A stretch of 63,998 nucleotides of DNA, counting the filler, from Bonamia ostreae (lineage: Eukaryota): assembly GCA_040357525.1 (NCBI GenBank). It is 4 parts of 4 records of this genome, joined end to end, with 100 filler letters (N's around TTAATTAATTAA, not from the genome) between each part and the next. Parts side by side here need not be neighbours in the genome. Positions count along the whole stretch, not along the records: positions 21,357 to 39,935 come from JBDODL010000003.1; positions 40,036 to 58,439 come from JBDODL010000004.1; 2 more parts are not named here. One strand, given 5' to 3'. The translations under genes and the position numbers were made by a program. The notes under the pieces are model-generated. The model saw nothing but the letters and a program-made list of their open reading frames with translations, was not told where the DNA came from and did not search any database. Positions 39,026 through 51,389 of this stretch are shown here, one piece after another (position 1 is the stretch's first letter; every line of letters starts with the position of its first letter).

Positions 39026-39768
39026 TCAGCAATTTTTTACTATCCATTTAAATCCTTTGTCGTACCCGAAACGCTTAACTACGCTACACATGAACAACTC
39101 TACAGGGCGAATGTCTTTCGTCTTCGGCGCATTTTTTCCAGTAAGACACATTCTCAAATCTAACACGTCTTTCAATGTTTCTTCCGATGCTGCGTACGGA
39201 TTGTCAACTTTATTTCCCTTTTTCGAAAAAATTGGCAAAAAAGATGAATTTTGGAAATCGGGTTAAAGTCAAAATTTTACCGAAAAAAATTATTTTGGAA
39301 ACCAATATGCAAACAGGAACGTTGTTGAGACTTTCTAAAGTAAGAATTCGTTGAAGTTCTTGTTTGGATTCTTCAAAGCGTTCCTGATCGGCCGCGTCTA
39401 CTAAATAGATTATCCCTGAAATATCCGCACAATAAGATTCCCAAATTTCTCTGATTTTTCAAAAAATGATTTTTGAAAAGTTATTAAATTTAAAAAAGCT
39501 AAATTTTAATAAAATGCCGCATGCTCTTATGTCCGCCTAAATCGAATGCGATGAAATTGACGCCGGCGATTTGGATTTCGTCCTTTTGGGGATGTCCTGT
39601 TGGCGCTGCAGCTTTGACGTTGCCGTCCTTAAAAATTTGGATGAAAACCTTTAAAACACTGAGCAATGTTGTTTTGCCAGCGTTGTCTAATCCGAGAAAG
39701 ACTATTTTGCTATCCTTTCTAAAACCAGCCCAGGTGAGAATAGAATTGAACCAATCTAGAAAAATCAT
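39026..39768 (-). CDS. SAR1: COPII small GTPase Sar1
   Basis: GLDNAGKTT, FDLGGH, YLVDAAD, GNKVD, ELFMCSVV. Introns: 39628-39648 (21 nt), 39451-39517 (GC-AG) and a third GT-AG. Confidence 0.97.
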
Positions 39769-39935
39769 CGGCTAAATTTAAAAAGTTTAAGTGTTTTAAC
39801 ATAATCCAAAAACGCTCAATTTAGGCTTTTTGTTTCGAATTAGTTAAAATTTTGCGATATAACTTTGGCGCTTAAATTAAAAAAGTAATTTTGTAATTCG
39901 AGTTTATATTTAAAATGTTTTGTTTAAACGTTTGA

Positions 39936-40035
39936 NNNNNNNNNNNNNNNNNNNNNNNNNNNNNNNNNNNNNNNNNNNNTTAATTAATTAANNNNNNNNN
40001 NNNNNNNNNNNNNNNNNNNNNNNNNNNNNNNNNNN
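39936..40035. other. Artificial contig linker
   Basis: TTAATTAATTAA at 39980-39991 within Ns. Confidence 0.95.
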
Positions 40036-40099
40036 ACAAAAAATAACAATTGACAACAAAATTTTGCAATAAAACTGCAACAAAAAATAACAATTGACA

Positions 40100-41176
40100 T
40101 CAAAATTTTGCAATAAAACGGCAACAATAAAATATAAAAACTTGGACTAAAATGGGCACGAAGATCCTGTATCGATTGCTCCTCAAAGGAGTGTCCAAAA
40201 TCCAATTAAACCTGTCGCCCTCCACAAACTCAAAATCATAATCGCCGCATAACCGCTTCAGACAACTTTTCGCCGCCCTTTTCTGGATCGTCTGCTTCCG
40301 CAGACATTTTGGTTCCCACAACGACACGAAAAGCTTTTTCTTAAAATTTTTGCTGTTTCTCGCTATTCTCTCCATTTCTGAAACTGCTTTTTTCGCTCCT
40401 TCTTCTTCACAAAAAACGACAAAACCGATTTTTCTATTTTCGCTTTTGAAAACATTGCCATCATCTTTCTTTTGTTCGCCATTTTCGTTGATTTCGTCTG
40501 GACTTTCATTGTTGCGATCTTTTTTATTATTAAATTCAAAACTTCTTTTATTGCTGAATTCTCCGTTTTCAATGTGCACCGACTTTATCTGGCCAAATTT
40601 ACTAAAAATTCTGATCAAATCTTTGTCTTCGTATTTTTGCGGCAAGTTTCGAATGTAAATCGTGTGTCTAAAATGGCACAAATTGTTTTTGTAAGTCTCA
40701 AATTTTATTAAGGACAAATTCTCAGTATTGTCAATTTTTTCTTGGTCAATTTTGATTTGGTCAAATTTGGTCAAATTTTGGTCAATTTCAATGTCGAATG
40801 GACTGATGTTAAAATAAAATGGCGGCGAGTTGTTGACAAAATTAATTACTTTTTTCGAGTCTTTGCTGTTTTTATATTTTATTAAAAAAATATGTTCCTT
40901 TTCTACCAAATTTTGATTATCGTTTTTAAACAAAATTTCATTTTTGGCAAAATTTTGATTTTGAGATTCATCAATAGCATTTAAGAATGGATGATTGTTG
41001 TGACAAACGTAAAAATCTTCAATAGATCCAAATTGTCCAAAAAACTGTAAAATTTGTTCAAAATTTAGTGAGTTCGGAATATTTGAGATTTTGACTGTGT
41101 TTTCGTTAAAATTTTCAAATTGATTTGTTTTTGCTGATGGAATTTTTTGGTTTTCACAAAATAATGTTTTTCCCAT
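40100..41176 (-). CDS. RNA-binding protein with two RRMs
   Basis: TVKISNIP..FGQFGSI; TIYIRNLP..FSKFGQIKSV..KIGFVVF. Confidence 0.75.
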   Translation of the reverse strand: MGKTLFCENQKIPSAKTNQFENFNENTVKISNIPNSLNFEQILQFFGQFGSIEDFYVCHNNHPFLNAIDESQNQNFAKNEILFKNDNQNLVEKEHIFLIKYKNSKDSKKVINFVNNSPPFYFNISPFDIEIDQNLTKFDQIKIDQEKIDNTENLSLIKFETYKNNLCHFRHTIYIRNLPQKYEDKDLIRIFSKFGQIKSVHIENGEFSNKRSFEFNNKKDRNNESPDEINENGEQKKDDGNVFKSENRKIGFVVFCEEEGAKKAVSEMERIARNSKNFKKKLFVSLWEPKCLRKQTIQKRAAKSCLKRLCGDYDFEFVEGDRFNWILDTPLRSNRYRIFVPILVQVFIFYCCRFIAKF

Positions 41177-41279
41177 TTTTTTGTTACCGGAGTTTTTAAA
41201 TTTTTAAATCTGTTGCTAATTTTTTATTCTAAAGAAATTTTTTTTTATTTTTATTAATTTGCATTTTCTAGTTGAAGTT

Positions 41280-41650
41280 TTTGTTAATCCAAAACGACAA
41301 AAATTTATTTTTTGCTTATCCAAAACGACAATAAATTATTANNNNNNNNNNNNNNNNNNNNNNNNNNNNNNNNNNNNNNNNNNNNNNNNNNNNNNNNNNN
41401 NNNNNNNNNNNNNNNNNNNNNNNNNNNNNNNNNNNNNNNNNTCCAAATTTATAAAAACGACAAAAACAATTATTTTTTGCTAATCCAAAACGACAAAAAA
41501 ATTATTATCCAAATTTATAAAAACGACAAAAACAATTATTTTTTGCTAATCCAAAACGACAATAAATTATTATCCAAATTTAAAAAAACGACAAAAAAAT
41601 TATTTTTTGCTAATCCAAAACGACAAAAAATTTGTTTTTGCTTATCAAAA
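41280..41650. repeat. Tandem repeat of ATCCAAAACGACAA-type units containing an assembly gap
   Basis: TTTTGCTAATCCAAAACGACAA...TTATCCAAATTT units recur on both sides of the N run. Confidence 0.85.
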
Positions 41651-41760
41651 TTTGAATGTCTAAAAAATTATCAAAATTTGTCGGAAGAAAGTATCGCTGC
41701 ACTTCGAAACCGAGTCCGACATACGCTCCTCCCTGGCACTATCTCGAACCAGAGAGACAA
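41651..41760. ncRNA. Conserved structured element, copy 1
   Basis: Shares TTTGAATGTCT, TTTGTCGG and TCGAnACCGAGTCCGACATrCGCT with 48587-48680. TGTCGG/CCGACA stem. Confidence 0.45.
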
Positions 41761-41793
41761 CAAATTAAAAAAAATGATAAAAAAACATTTCAA

Positions 41794-42711
41794 TTAATGT
41801 AATTCTTTTTAATTAAACAAATTGAACCTTCCGCAATCAGTTTCCTTATTTCGCCGATAGATTTCGAAGGATTTAACCCCTTTGGACAAGCGGTGACACA
41901 GTTCATTATGCTGTGGCATCTTCCGAGTTTCCACTCGTCGTCTAAATCTTTTAAGCGTTCTGCTCTTGCGCCATCACGGGAATCGATTATCCATCTGTAA
42001 GCTTGATTGAGGACTGCTGGCCCGAGATATTTGTCGGGATTCCACCAATAGCTGGGGCAGGAAGTGCTGCAACACGCACATAAAATGCATTCGTACAAAC
42101 CGTCGAGCAGTTTGCGTTGACCTATCGACTGCAATTGTTCTTTTTCTTTCGATTTTGGATTGTTTTGTTTGGAAGGTTTTTTGATCAAATAAGGTTTAAT
42201 GGATTTGTACTGTTCGTAAAAGTTGGTGAGATCGACGACGAGATCTTTAATAACTGGTAAATGCTATTTTTAAAAGTTTGGTGATTTTACTGGAAGAGGA
42301 AGAACGGTTGTTGTCTTTGACGAATCTGGAATCGGTGTCAAACAAGCCAACCCCTTTTGGTAAATTTTGGAGTGAAAACGTTTGAGCCGTTAATGTTCAT
42401 CGCGCATGAACCACATATACCTTCTCTACAAGATCTGCGAAATGAAAGGGACTAAATATTATTTTCGAAAAAAGAACGGAATCGGTCTCTGATTTTATTT
42501 TAATAAGGGCGTCGAGAACCATTGGACCGCATTGTTTTTTGTCTATTTTATATTCAATTTTTTTGGGTTTCGATGAATTGTTTGGACTCCATCGATAAAT
42601 ATTGAAGGAAACTGACTTTTTACTGTTAACAGAATCAGCTGCGACTGGCCCAGAAAAGAACCTTTTCTGGGCTTTTAAAAAAATTAATGGTTTTCTTGTT
42701 TTAGAAAGCAT
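41794..42711 (-). CDS. SDHB: Succinate dehydrogenase iron-sulfur subunit
   Basis: [54 protein letters not shown]. Introns of 26, 26 and 27 nt, and probably 23 nt. Confidence 0.97.
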
Positions 42712-43371
42712 TCGGACAAAATTTTGGGCTTTACGAAAATATTGCTATAATTATTCTAACTATTTTATGCGAAACTGCTAAAGTATAATTATTCCAACTG
42801 AGAGAAAAATGGATTTGTTATAAGTTTTTTGTATAAAAAGGAAAATTGTTGTTAAAGATTAGTTTCTGCATGATTTTTAGTTTTTTAGTTCCTGAAAATT
42901 GTTCATTAGATTTATTTGACTATTGTAGCTGAACCTCATTGAACTCCATTATTGTTGTAATTCAAATTTCAGCCCATTATTAATAAATATTTCGATCACA
43001 GCCTTTCCCAAAATTGGGAACTCGTTAAAAAAATATGTTACTGTTATGAAAAATTATAAAATAATGTCATTCATTAAAACTTGTTGATTCAATTATATTT
43101 TTTCAAATCATAACTATTTTTTTAACTTTTTTCTTGATTTTATTACATTTCAATCGCGAAATATGAAATCATTACATAAATTAAATTTTCTTCAGATTAC
43201 AGCAAAACTGAAATTTCATATTTTACATTACTAAAAATGTTAAGACGACATATCGTCGAAAACGATCGAGATATCCACAAAGATTTGATTAAATCTTTAT
43301 CGACTAAATATAAGCTTTTTCATGTATAAATATATTCAAAAAATTATATTTGAAAAGCATAATCTAAAAAA

Positions 43372-43444
43372 CATCCACAGAGGGATTTGAACCCCCAATC
43401 TCCCGATTCGTAGTCGGACGCCTTAACCATTAGGCCATGCGGAT
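43372..43444 (-). tRNA. tRNA-Arg (anticodon ACG)
   Basis: 73-nt cloverleaf with acceptor stem ATCCGCA/TGTGGAT, anticodon loop CT-ACG-AA and GGTTCAAATCC, followed by a T-run. Confidence 0.93.
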
Positions 43445-43594
43445 TGATATAAATCAATAAATATTTATATAAATAAATTAGAAAACTATAAAGTTCAGAT
43501 TAATTTTAAGAAAAAACACATGTTGAAAAGCGAAAATTAAAAAAAATAATTGATTTTTGATATCAGTAATTTCGAAAAAAGTCCGGATACAATA

Positions 43595-44438
43595 ATGGCT
43601 ACAAAATTCACAAATTCCGTATTTTTACTCAAAAAGATTAAACACAAATCGAACAAAAACAAAGAAAAATTTTTGTACCAAGTCAAGAAAAACCTTTTCG
43701 TAAATAACTTCGAAAGAAAAATTTTAGTTTTAGATTTGGACAACACATTGGTCCACACTTCTTTGACCGAAAACATTTCTCGGAAACACGATTTTAGCAT
43801 TTACATGGAAACGCTCGATGCGCCGTTCTATGTTTACAAGAGACCAGGTCTAGAATATTTTTTGGAAAATCTCAGCAACAAATATGCCATCTACCTTTTC
43901 ACTGCTTCTTTGAAACAGGTTGAAAATTCTTTATCACCAAATCTTATTAGTCATCGAATTCTTTTATATTAATTTTACACTGCAAAAGTATTGTTTTTAA
44001 TTTTGAGACTCAAAAATGACCAATGCAATTTTTTAGTTTATTTTTATCAAAATTGGCTAAAAAAGTACGCGGATAAAGTAATAGCGAATTTGAAGAACAA
44101 AAACAGGTTCTCGAAGAGATTTTATCGAGAACATTGCTCGGCTTACGACGGGTTTTTGTGGAAGGTTTTTTTCGATTAAACAGAAGGATCTGTCGAGAAT
44201 AGGATGTGGCACGGCTAATTCGATGATAATAGATGACAAAGAACAAATCGGAAACGGCATATTGATAAAGGAATGGACATTCGATCTTAAAAACGATCAA
44301 AGTCTTTATAAGCTCCTTGTCGCACTTAATATTTACGCGGAGAGCGATAATTTGTACAATTTGTTCAAAGGCAAAATGGTCGCCGAAAAAGAAGCGCTTA
44401 AGAAAATAACTGTTTTGGGTGAAGGAATTGTTGTTTAA
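43595..44438 (+). CDS. FCP1/SCP-like (NIF) CTD phosphatase
   Basis: LVLDLDNTLVH, YKRPGL, LFTAS, YADKV, FYREHC, KDLS, IIDD; two introns. Confidence 0.9.
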
Positions 44439-44506
44439 ATTCTAAAAATTTTTTATTGAGTTGTCATAGTAAATATTCTAAATATTATTTAGTCAAAGTT
44501 AGGTTA

Positions 44507-45360
44507 ATGGCCCAGATTAAAGTCGAAAAAAACGAGAATCTAACATTATCCACTCCAGAGTCTCTTAAGAAGAAAAACGCGCGCGATGAGAAATTGGCTC
44601 TCGCAAATAGCAATCGCGTTAAAAAATCAAACCTGAAAGACAAAAGGAATAAAAAGCTCATCTACAAAAAAGCTGAAAAATATGCCAACGAATATATTGA
44701 AGGAGAACGATCTCTTGAAGAACTCCGCAAGAATGCCGAAAAAGAAGGAAAGTTTTTTGTCGAACCCGAAGCAAATTTATTGTTTGTTATCCGCATCAGA
44801 GGGTTTTCAATTTTAAAATTTGAAATTTTAAAAATGACGACAACAAATTTTCATCAAAATTTAAAAAATTGACAACAAAAATTTTTCATCAAAATTATTT
44901 AAAAAGAATAAACAGGATATCCCCGAAAACAAGAAAAATTTTGGATCTTCTGAGACTTAGACAAATCCACAATGGCGTTTTTGTGAAAGTGAACAAACCG
45001 ACTTTAAACATGATAAAACTCGTCGAGCCTTACATCGCTTACGGATATCCTTCTTTAAAAACAGTGCGCGAACTTGTCTACAAAAGAGGACATGGCAAAA
45101 TAAACAAACAGCGAATTGCGATAACAGACAACAAAATGATCCAAGCGACTCTGGGCAAAGACATAATATGCGTCGAAGACATTGTGCACGAGATTTTTAC
45201 GACCGGAAAAAATTTTAAGAAAGCGAACAATTTCTTGTGGCCTTTTAAGATGAGCAGTCCCAAAGGCGGTTACAACAAAAAGGGGACCCATTTTGTGGAA
45301 AAAGGAGATTATGGAAACCGCGGAAAAGCTATCAATGATTTGATCAAACGCATGAATTAA
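44507..45360 (+). CDS. RPL7: 60S ribosomal protein L7 (uL30)
   Basis: FVIRIRGIN (intron 44803-44906), [32 protein letters not shown]. Confidence 0.97.
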
Positions 45361-45829
45361 AATATTGCGGATTTTTATTTTTTGTTAATTTGTTTTGTGA
45401 CTTTGTAAAATTTTCTGCTTTGTTTTGTGATGAACAATCAGATAACAAACGCTTTGTAATTTGATGTTGTCTATTCGTTTTTCTGCATTCGATTGCGATT
45501 TTCGATTCATTTAAACAGCTTTCTTTATTTTCGGATTTTTACAGTTTGCTGAAATATGGGCTAGATCATCGTTATAATCAACAAGATCATTTTTAATCAA
45601 CCGAGACAAATTTTGCCATATTATTAAAATGGGTTCGTTCTAGATAAGTTTAAACCACATTTTTAATTAATAATTTAATCAAATCTCTCCTCTTCACATT
45701 TTTGAATTTTGATGATAGATTTTAATATTCTAATAATTGCAGATTTGATTTTTCTTGATTTTTGATTTCCGATTTTTAAACTAAAACGATAAATTAACGA
45801 TTAATAAATTAAAATGGACAAATTTAAAA

Positions 45830-46793
45830 TATTTAATCGTTATATTGGTTTGGCTTTACAATAAGGATTAAACTAAGAGGTTTCCAGAAATGCCATAATA
45901 ACGAAATTAGAAGACAGGAATATAAAATCTGTTCGAAAATCCATGGCCATCTATTCAAAAAATCAAAACTTTCATTTGTTAAGTTTTTGTTGTATTCATA
46001 CTTTTGAAATTTTAATTTTTAAAAAATATTTGTTTTTGTAAAAATAAAAACTGTTAGAAAGAAAACAACAAAGATGTAGTAAACAAGAACGTTTGAATGA
46101 AAGATATAAACAAAAACACGAAATTTTTTAAATCGTTTTTTTAGTTCCAAACTACTCATTTTTGACAAAATTTTTTCTGTCATAAAAATAAAAAGAACTC
46201 CAATAATCAATTCCGTAGATCCCAACACTCCATAGTAAATATAAGCGGAATATCTTTTTTTTATTTTTACAAAATCTTATCCAAATTATTTCTCAATAAA
46301 TTTAATGTTCAGAAATTTTACAAAATTTAAAATTTTATAAAAAGTACAATTTTTCCCTGCTATCCCCATAAACAATTGAAGTGAATAACAGAACGATTGC
46401 AGCTATAAAAAGTCCGAAAAGAAAAAAATATAAAATTTTTGTATTGATTTTGACGGCTTTGTTAACAGTCTGAATCATCACAACAAACAACGCCATATGT
46501 GACGCCATAAAAAATATGTTGCTCGTCGCATTGAAAATTATGACCCGATTATTTGGAATCGACACAATCAAATCGTATACGAAAAACCAAGAAGCAAAAG
46601 TTATCATTGAAGATATCAAACCACAAATTTGTACAATTGTTTGGACTTTAAATGTTTGGAAAAAATACACGTTGCTGTTTTTACAGCGAACGATGTTTTG
46701 TAACAAAAACATGTAGCCAATAGTAAAAAATAAAGTTAGAAATATCGATGTTATCATTATGTACATTGGATCTATTTGTTCCAAATTTGACAT
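45830..46793 (-). CDS. Seven-transmembrane protein, possibly GPR107/TMEM87 (LUSTR)-like
   Basis: About seven hydrophobic segments over three exons; the last reads RWPWIFEQILYSCLLISLLWHFWKP. Confidence 0.5.
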
Positions 46794-47124
46794 TTTTGAT
46801 TATTTTGTTTTTTAAATATTTTCTTTTTGTTGCTTGCATGTTTCAAAAAGAGGATTTTAATTTAAATGTTAAATTTGTTAAGAAAAATTATTCGGTTAAA
46901 TTTAGAATATGTTTAATATGGGATAATTTTCGAGTTAAAATTTTTTTAATTTCAAAATTAAAAACAACCAAAATTTAATTTTTATTCGAGAAAATAAAAG
47001 GTCATTGGCGATTCGCAATACAATTGTAAATTGGAAAATATAAAATTTCAGTAACAAAGCAATATTATGAGATAACCATTTTCAATACAACATAACAAAA
47101 AAGCTGTAACAAAAACTCCGCAAA

Positions 47125-48364
47125 ATGGATGTACATAACAAAAACGACGCGATTGCAGATAAAGACAATTCGAATAAATTAAGTTTTACAGAACGTTTCG
47201 ACAAAGCGAATAAAGAAAACCGCCTTCAAATCGTCAAAGAACATTTTCTGAACAGAATAAAGAAGATGGTCAACGACACCAGTTTATCCGTTTGCAACAA
47301 ATTTAACAACAAAGGAAAAAATCGCGATGATATTTTCTCGTTTGGATGTAAAGATGCTAAAAACAATTGAAGAAACAAGAAGATTTGAGCAATGTGTGTA
47401 CCAAATTAAAAAGGAAATCAAAGAAGCAGAAAAACGCCATAAAACGACAAAGAATCTGTTGAACAAATACAAACACCAAAAAACAAAACCGATAAATTTT
47501 CGTGAAAACAAATTTGCCAAAAAACAAGAACGTGCTTCAGAAAATTTGAGCAAATCAATGTCACAATTAAAAATTTCGAACAAAGACGTTCCGACTTTCA
47601 AAAACACATTGAAAAGCAATTTGTCGAAAAGTTTTCAAATTTCAAAAACCGAAATCACAAACCAGAAGATCAAACCTCATTCTAAAACTTCTTTTGAAGA
47701 ACCCGAAAACAAATACTTAAAGATAACTGATATCGGCAGAGAAGCCAGCGCGAAAACGATCGCTTTGTATTTTGATCGCTCTTCAGAACAAAACAAGATA
47801 GTTTGGGTCGCTGTATTCACTTCCCGGAACGGCATTTTAAGCACTGTCATTAACTTTGCCGACACCGAGTTTGCACAAACGGCATTTTTGTACTCGAAAA
47901 CGCATCTGTTGATAGGAAGAACGATGAGAGCCAAATTTTTGTCTAATTTTGAGATTTCGTTGTTGTTCCAAAACAAAGTTTTAAGTGTGTATTTGAACAG
48001 CAAATTTTCCGAACTGGATTGGAGAAAAGACTTTGAGAACTGTAGGGCTATCAATATTGACAACAAGCAAAATTTGACTTTTCAAAACTTTAACAAACAG
48101 AGTTTGAATGCTTGTGAAGACGCTGATAGAAGAGAGTTTGCAGCGAAAAATGAAAATTCAAATTGGTTTTCCGGGGGATTTTCGCATAGCAAAGACAATG
48201 GAAGAAACTTTTGTTGTCAAGAAAGCGGTCTATACAGACCAAAGACGTTTGTCGATTCAAATATTCAGTTGGCACCGGAAATTCAATGGACGGCTGAGAT
48301 TGTGAACAGGAAGATAAATGAGGGGATTTGCAAGATTGTGAGTGAGCAATTAACAGTTTTGTAG
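47125..48364 (+). CDS. Hypothetical coiled-coil + RRM-like protein
   Basis: Two ORFs join through a GT-AG intron. RRM-like segment YLKITDIG...TVINFADTEFAQTAF...GRTMRAKF. Confidence 0.55.
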
Positions 48365-48586
48365 ATTGAAATATTTATTTTTTATGCAACTAACGAAAAA
48401 GGAGAATGTGAAGAGACGGTTGATGAGCGAATACAGTTTTGATCAGTTGTACGAATACAGTCAGAAGAATTTGATTGGAAATCTGATTATCAAAACTGTG
48501 GAAGACATAATAACAAGTAAAGCGATGTAATCTTCGTTGTTGTGTACTTTGCAGTAAAAATTTTCACAATAAAAACGCCTTATGCC

Positions 48587-48700
48587 TTTGAATGTCTGTG
48601 ATACCGGGTGCAATCCGAAGGGTAGGTGGTTTTGTCGGTAGGCAAAATATTAAACATCGACACCGAGTCCGACATGCGCTGGGGTCCCCACACGCAGAAT
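48587..48700. ncRNA. Conserved structured element, copy 2
   Basis: Same three conserved blocks as 41651-41727, with extra hairpins in the variable parts. Confidence 0.45.
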
Positions 48701-48815
48701 AAAAAATTCCTAAGAGAAGCGGCAAAACATAAAATTTGTTCTAAAGGATAATTAAAATTTTCATTTCCAAAAATCAAAAATCCTCAAAATATCGAAAAGC
48801 CTTTCAAACATAAAA

Positions 48816-51081
48816 ATGAATTTTAATTTTTACAAGGAAAAAAACGACATTTTTACCAAAGGTAAAATTCTTCAATTCGTCCAGAAGAGAAAATATTTTT
48901 CGGATTCTAAAGAATTTGTAGATACTGTTTTTCACAAATGAATATCAAATTATCAAAATTTAATACAGCAATAACATTTAAACACAATTAACAGAAAATA
49001 AAATTATCACAATCAAAAACCAAATTGGTCGAAAAATAATTTCAAAACAAGTTCATGACAGCGCCATCAAAAACAATAATAAAAGAATTTGAAGAACTTG
49101 ACAAAAATAACAAATTGGATTGTAAAAATTTTGTAAGTTCGAATTTTGTGACATCAAAATTAGAAAAAATCCCATTTATCCCAGAATATTCTGAAAAACT
49201 GCCTCAAAATTACAAAAAACGTTTTAAAAATGTTGATTTTGTAAAATTTGCCGAAGAAATTCATTCAAAATGGCCAAGTTTGATTAAGAAACTGCCAAAA
49301 TATGTTCTAACTTATCCTGATCGAACTAGTTATATCCCTTCTAAACATAATTTTTTGGTCATTCCGGGTGGTCGCTTTAAAGAATATTATTGTTTTTAAT
49401 TTTCATTCAAATGTTTCATTGTAACGATATTAATTCAGTTACAATTCTTATACAAAAATTTAGATTGGGATACATATTGGATATTGTTGGGATTTTATAG
49501 ATCTGGAATGTACCAATCAGCAAAAAAAGTTATAGAAAACTTATTATATTTTGTCAAAAAGTTCGGATTCGTTCCAAACGGTAACAGAACATATTATCTA
49601 AATAGGTCTGATATTAAAGTACAACAAATAATAAAATTGATAGCGGTAAAATAATAACATCTTAAAAGGTCTCAACCACCATTTTTGACATTCATGGTCG
49701 ATAAATATTACAGAAAAACAAACGACGTTCGATTTCTTTCAGAGGCCTTGCCACTTTTAAAAAAAGAATATTCGTTTTGGATGAAGAAGGGAAATCGCGC
49801 GATAAAAATCGAGCACAATGGAAAGCAATATTTTTTGAATAGATATTTTGCCGATGAAGACAGAATTCGTCCTGAAAGTTGGCGTATTGTTTTTAATAAC
49901 AAGTAATTTATTTTGTACATATTATTTTCGGTAACAGTGCATAAACACGGAAACAATAAAAAGGACAAGTTAATATCATCGAAAATGCAAAACTTTGAAG
50001 AGAAAAAACGTTTTTATAGAAATATAACTGCGGCGACAGAGTCGGGATGGGACTTTTCATCTCGTTGGACTGGGATAAATTTTGATTTGAGTGGTATCAA
50101 AACGACCGATATCCTTCCGGCTGATCTCAATGCTTATCTGGTCGGAGTCGAAAGAATTTTGTTTTCTTATTGCAAATTATTGGGCGATCGGCAAATTTTA
50201 AAATTTAAAAAGGTTTTGCAAATTTGAATAAAAAATTTTCAAATTGTGTTTTTGCCAACTGATTTTTTTAATTGAAGAGATACAAGCAACGATTAAAAGC
50301 AATGTATGAAGTGTTTTTCGATAACGAGAGAAATCAATGGTTGGACTATGATTTCAAGAAAAGAGAGAAAAGGTATCACTGTCCCTCTGTTTCCAATTTT
50401 ATTCCTCTCTGGACAAGAGCTTATGAAACAGAAGGCAAACGCGGTATTGATGTTGACAAAGTTTATTGGCGTCAATAAAAACAATGAACATGAAAAGTCA
50501 TGTTTACAATAAAAAGATAGCAGAAGAATTGCAGAAAAGCCATTTGGGGAATGCTGAAGTGCCGTTGGCGGTAACAAGTTGTGTTTCAATGCAACAATGG
50601 GATTATCCTAATGCCTGGAGTCCTGTCACTGTTTATTATACCTTTTTGAGGCTATTATTATTGTGTAGGCGCAACATTGATCGGCATTTTTAATGACAAC
50701 AAAAACTGCATTTAAATAATTTTAACAAAAATAATTTCAATGTCATAAACTCGAAAATATAATTTAAAAATTAACTTGTGACAATGAAGCACATGATAGT
50801 TGAAGGTTTGGAAAAAGCTGGTACTCGAAAAACGAGAAGAATGGCTAGAGAAATCGCTGTAAAATGGATTAAAGCCAATTTTTATTTGTTTAAGAAAACC
50901 GGGTTTTGACAAAAAACAAAAAAGAAAAATATTCGAAAGAATTAACGCGTTAGCAGATTTAGAACATGACGAAATGGGGGAATATGCTGTACAAGTTTCA
51001 AAAATTTATTCACAGTTTGGATTTGGATGGACCAATGGGGTTTTGTTGGAATTGATGTATAGATACGCCATTTATCTTTAA
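48816..51081 (+). CDS. Trehalase (GH37), multi-exon, no obvious signal peptide
   Basis: DSKEFVD, PGGRFKEYYYWD, FVPNGNRTYYLNRSQPP, RPES, ESGWDFSSRW, QQWDYPNAW, GEYAVQFGFGWTNG. Confidence 0.93.
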
Positions 51082-51389
51082 ATATCTTACATTTTTTTAA
51101 TTACAAAAAAATTGCTGCTGATCAAAATTATTTTGAGATCTAAACCAATTTTCTTATGTTTTTGAAGTCCCAAAATCGAAAAAAACTTAAATAATTTTCA
51201 ACTTTTTACAAATTTTATTAGAAATTCAAAAATGTGGTGACAATTTTTTCAGTTAAAATTTTTCAGTTTTACGAAATAAAAATTTTTCAGTTAAAATTCA
51301 AAACGACAAATCTTCAAGAAAAACGTAAAAATTTTAAAAATGTGTAAATTTGGTGGATAAAAATTTTGGTGATTTGAAAAATTGACAGA

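Noticed and set aside
41312-41797. ORF containing the TilS-like word RNRVRHTLLP
   Set aside because: It spans an N gap and a tandem repeat and has no other TilS motifs. The word falls in the block conserved at nucleotide level with 48657-48680.
48600-48616. ATACCGGGTGC matches the 3' end of 5S rRNA
   Set aside because: The rest of the 5S sequence and structure is absent.
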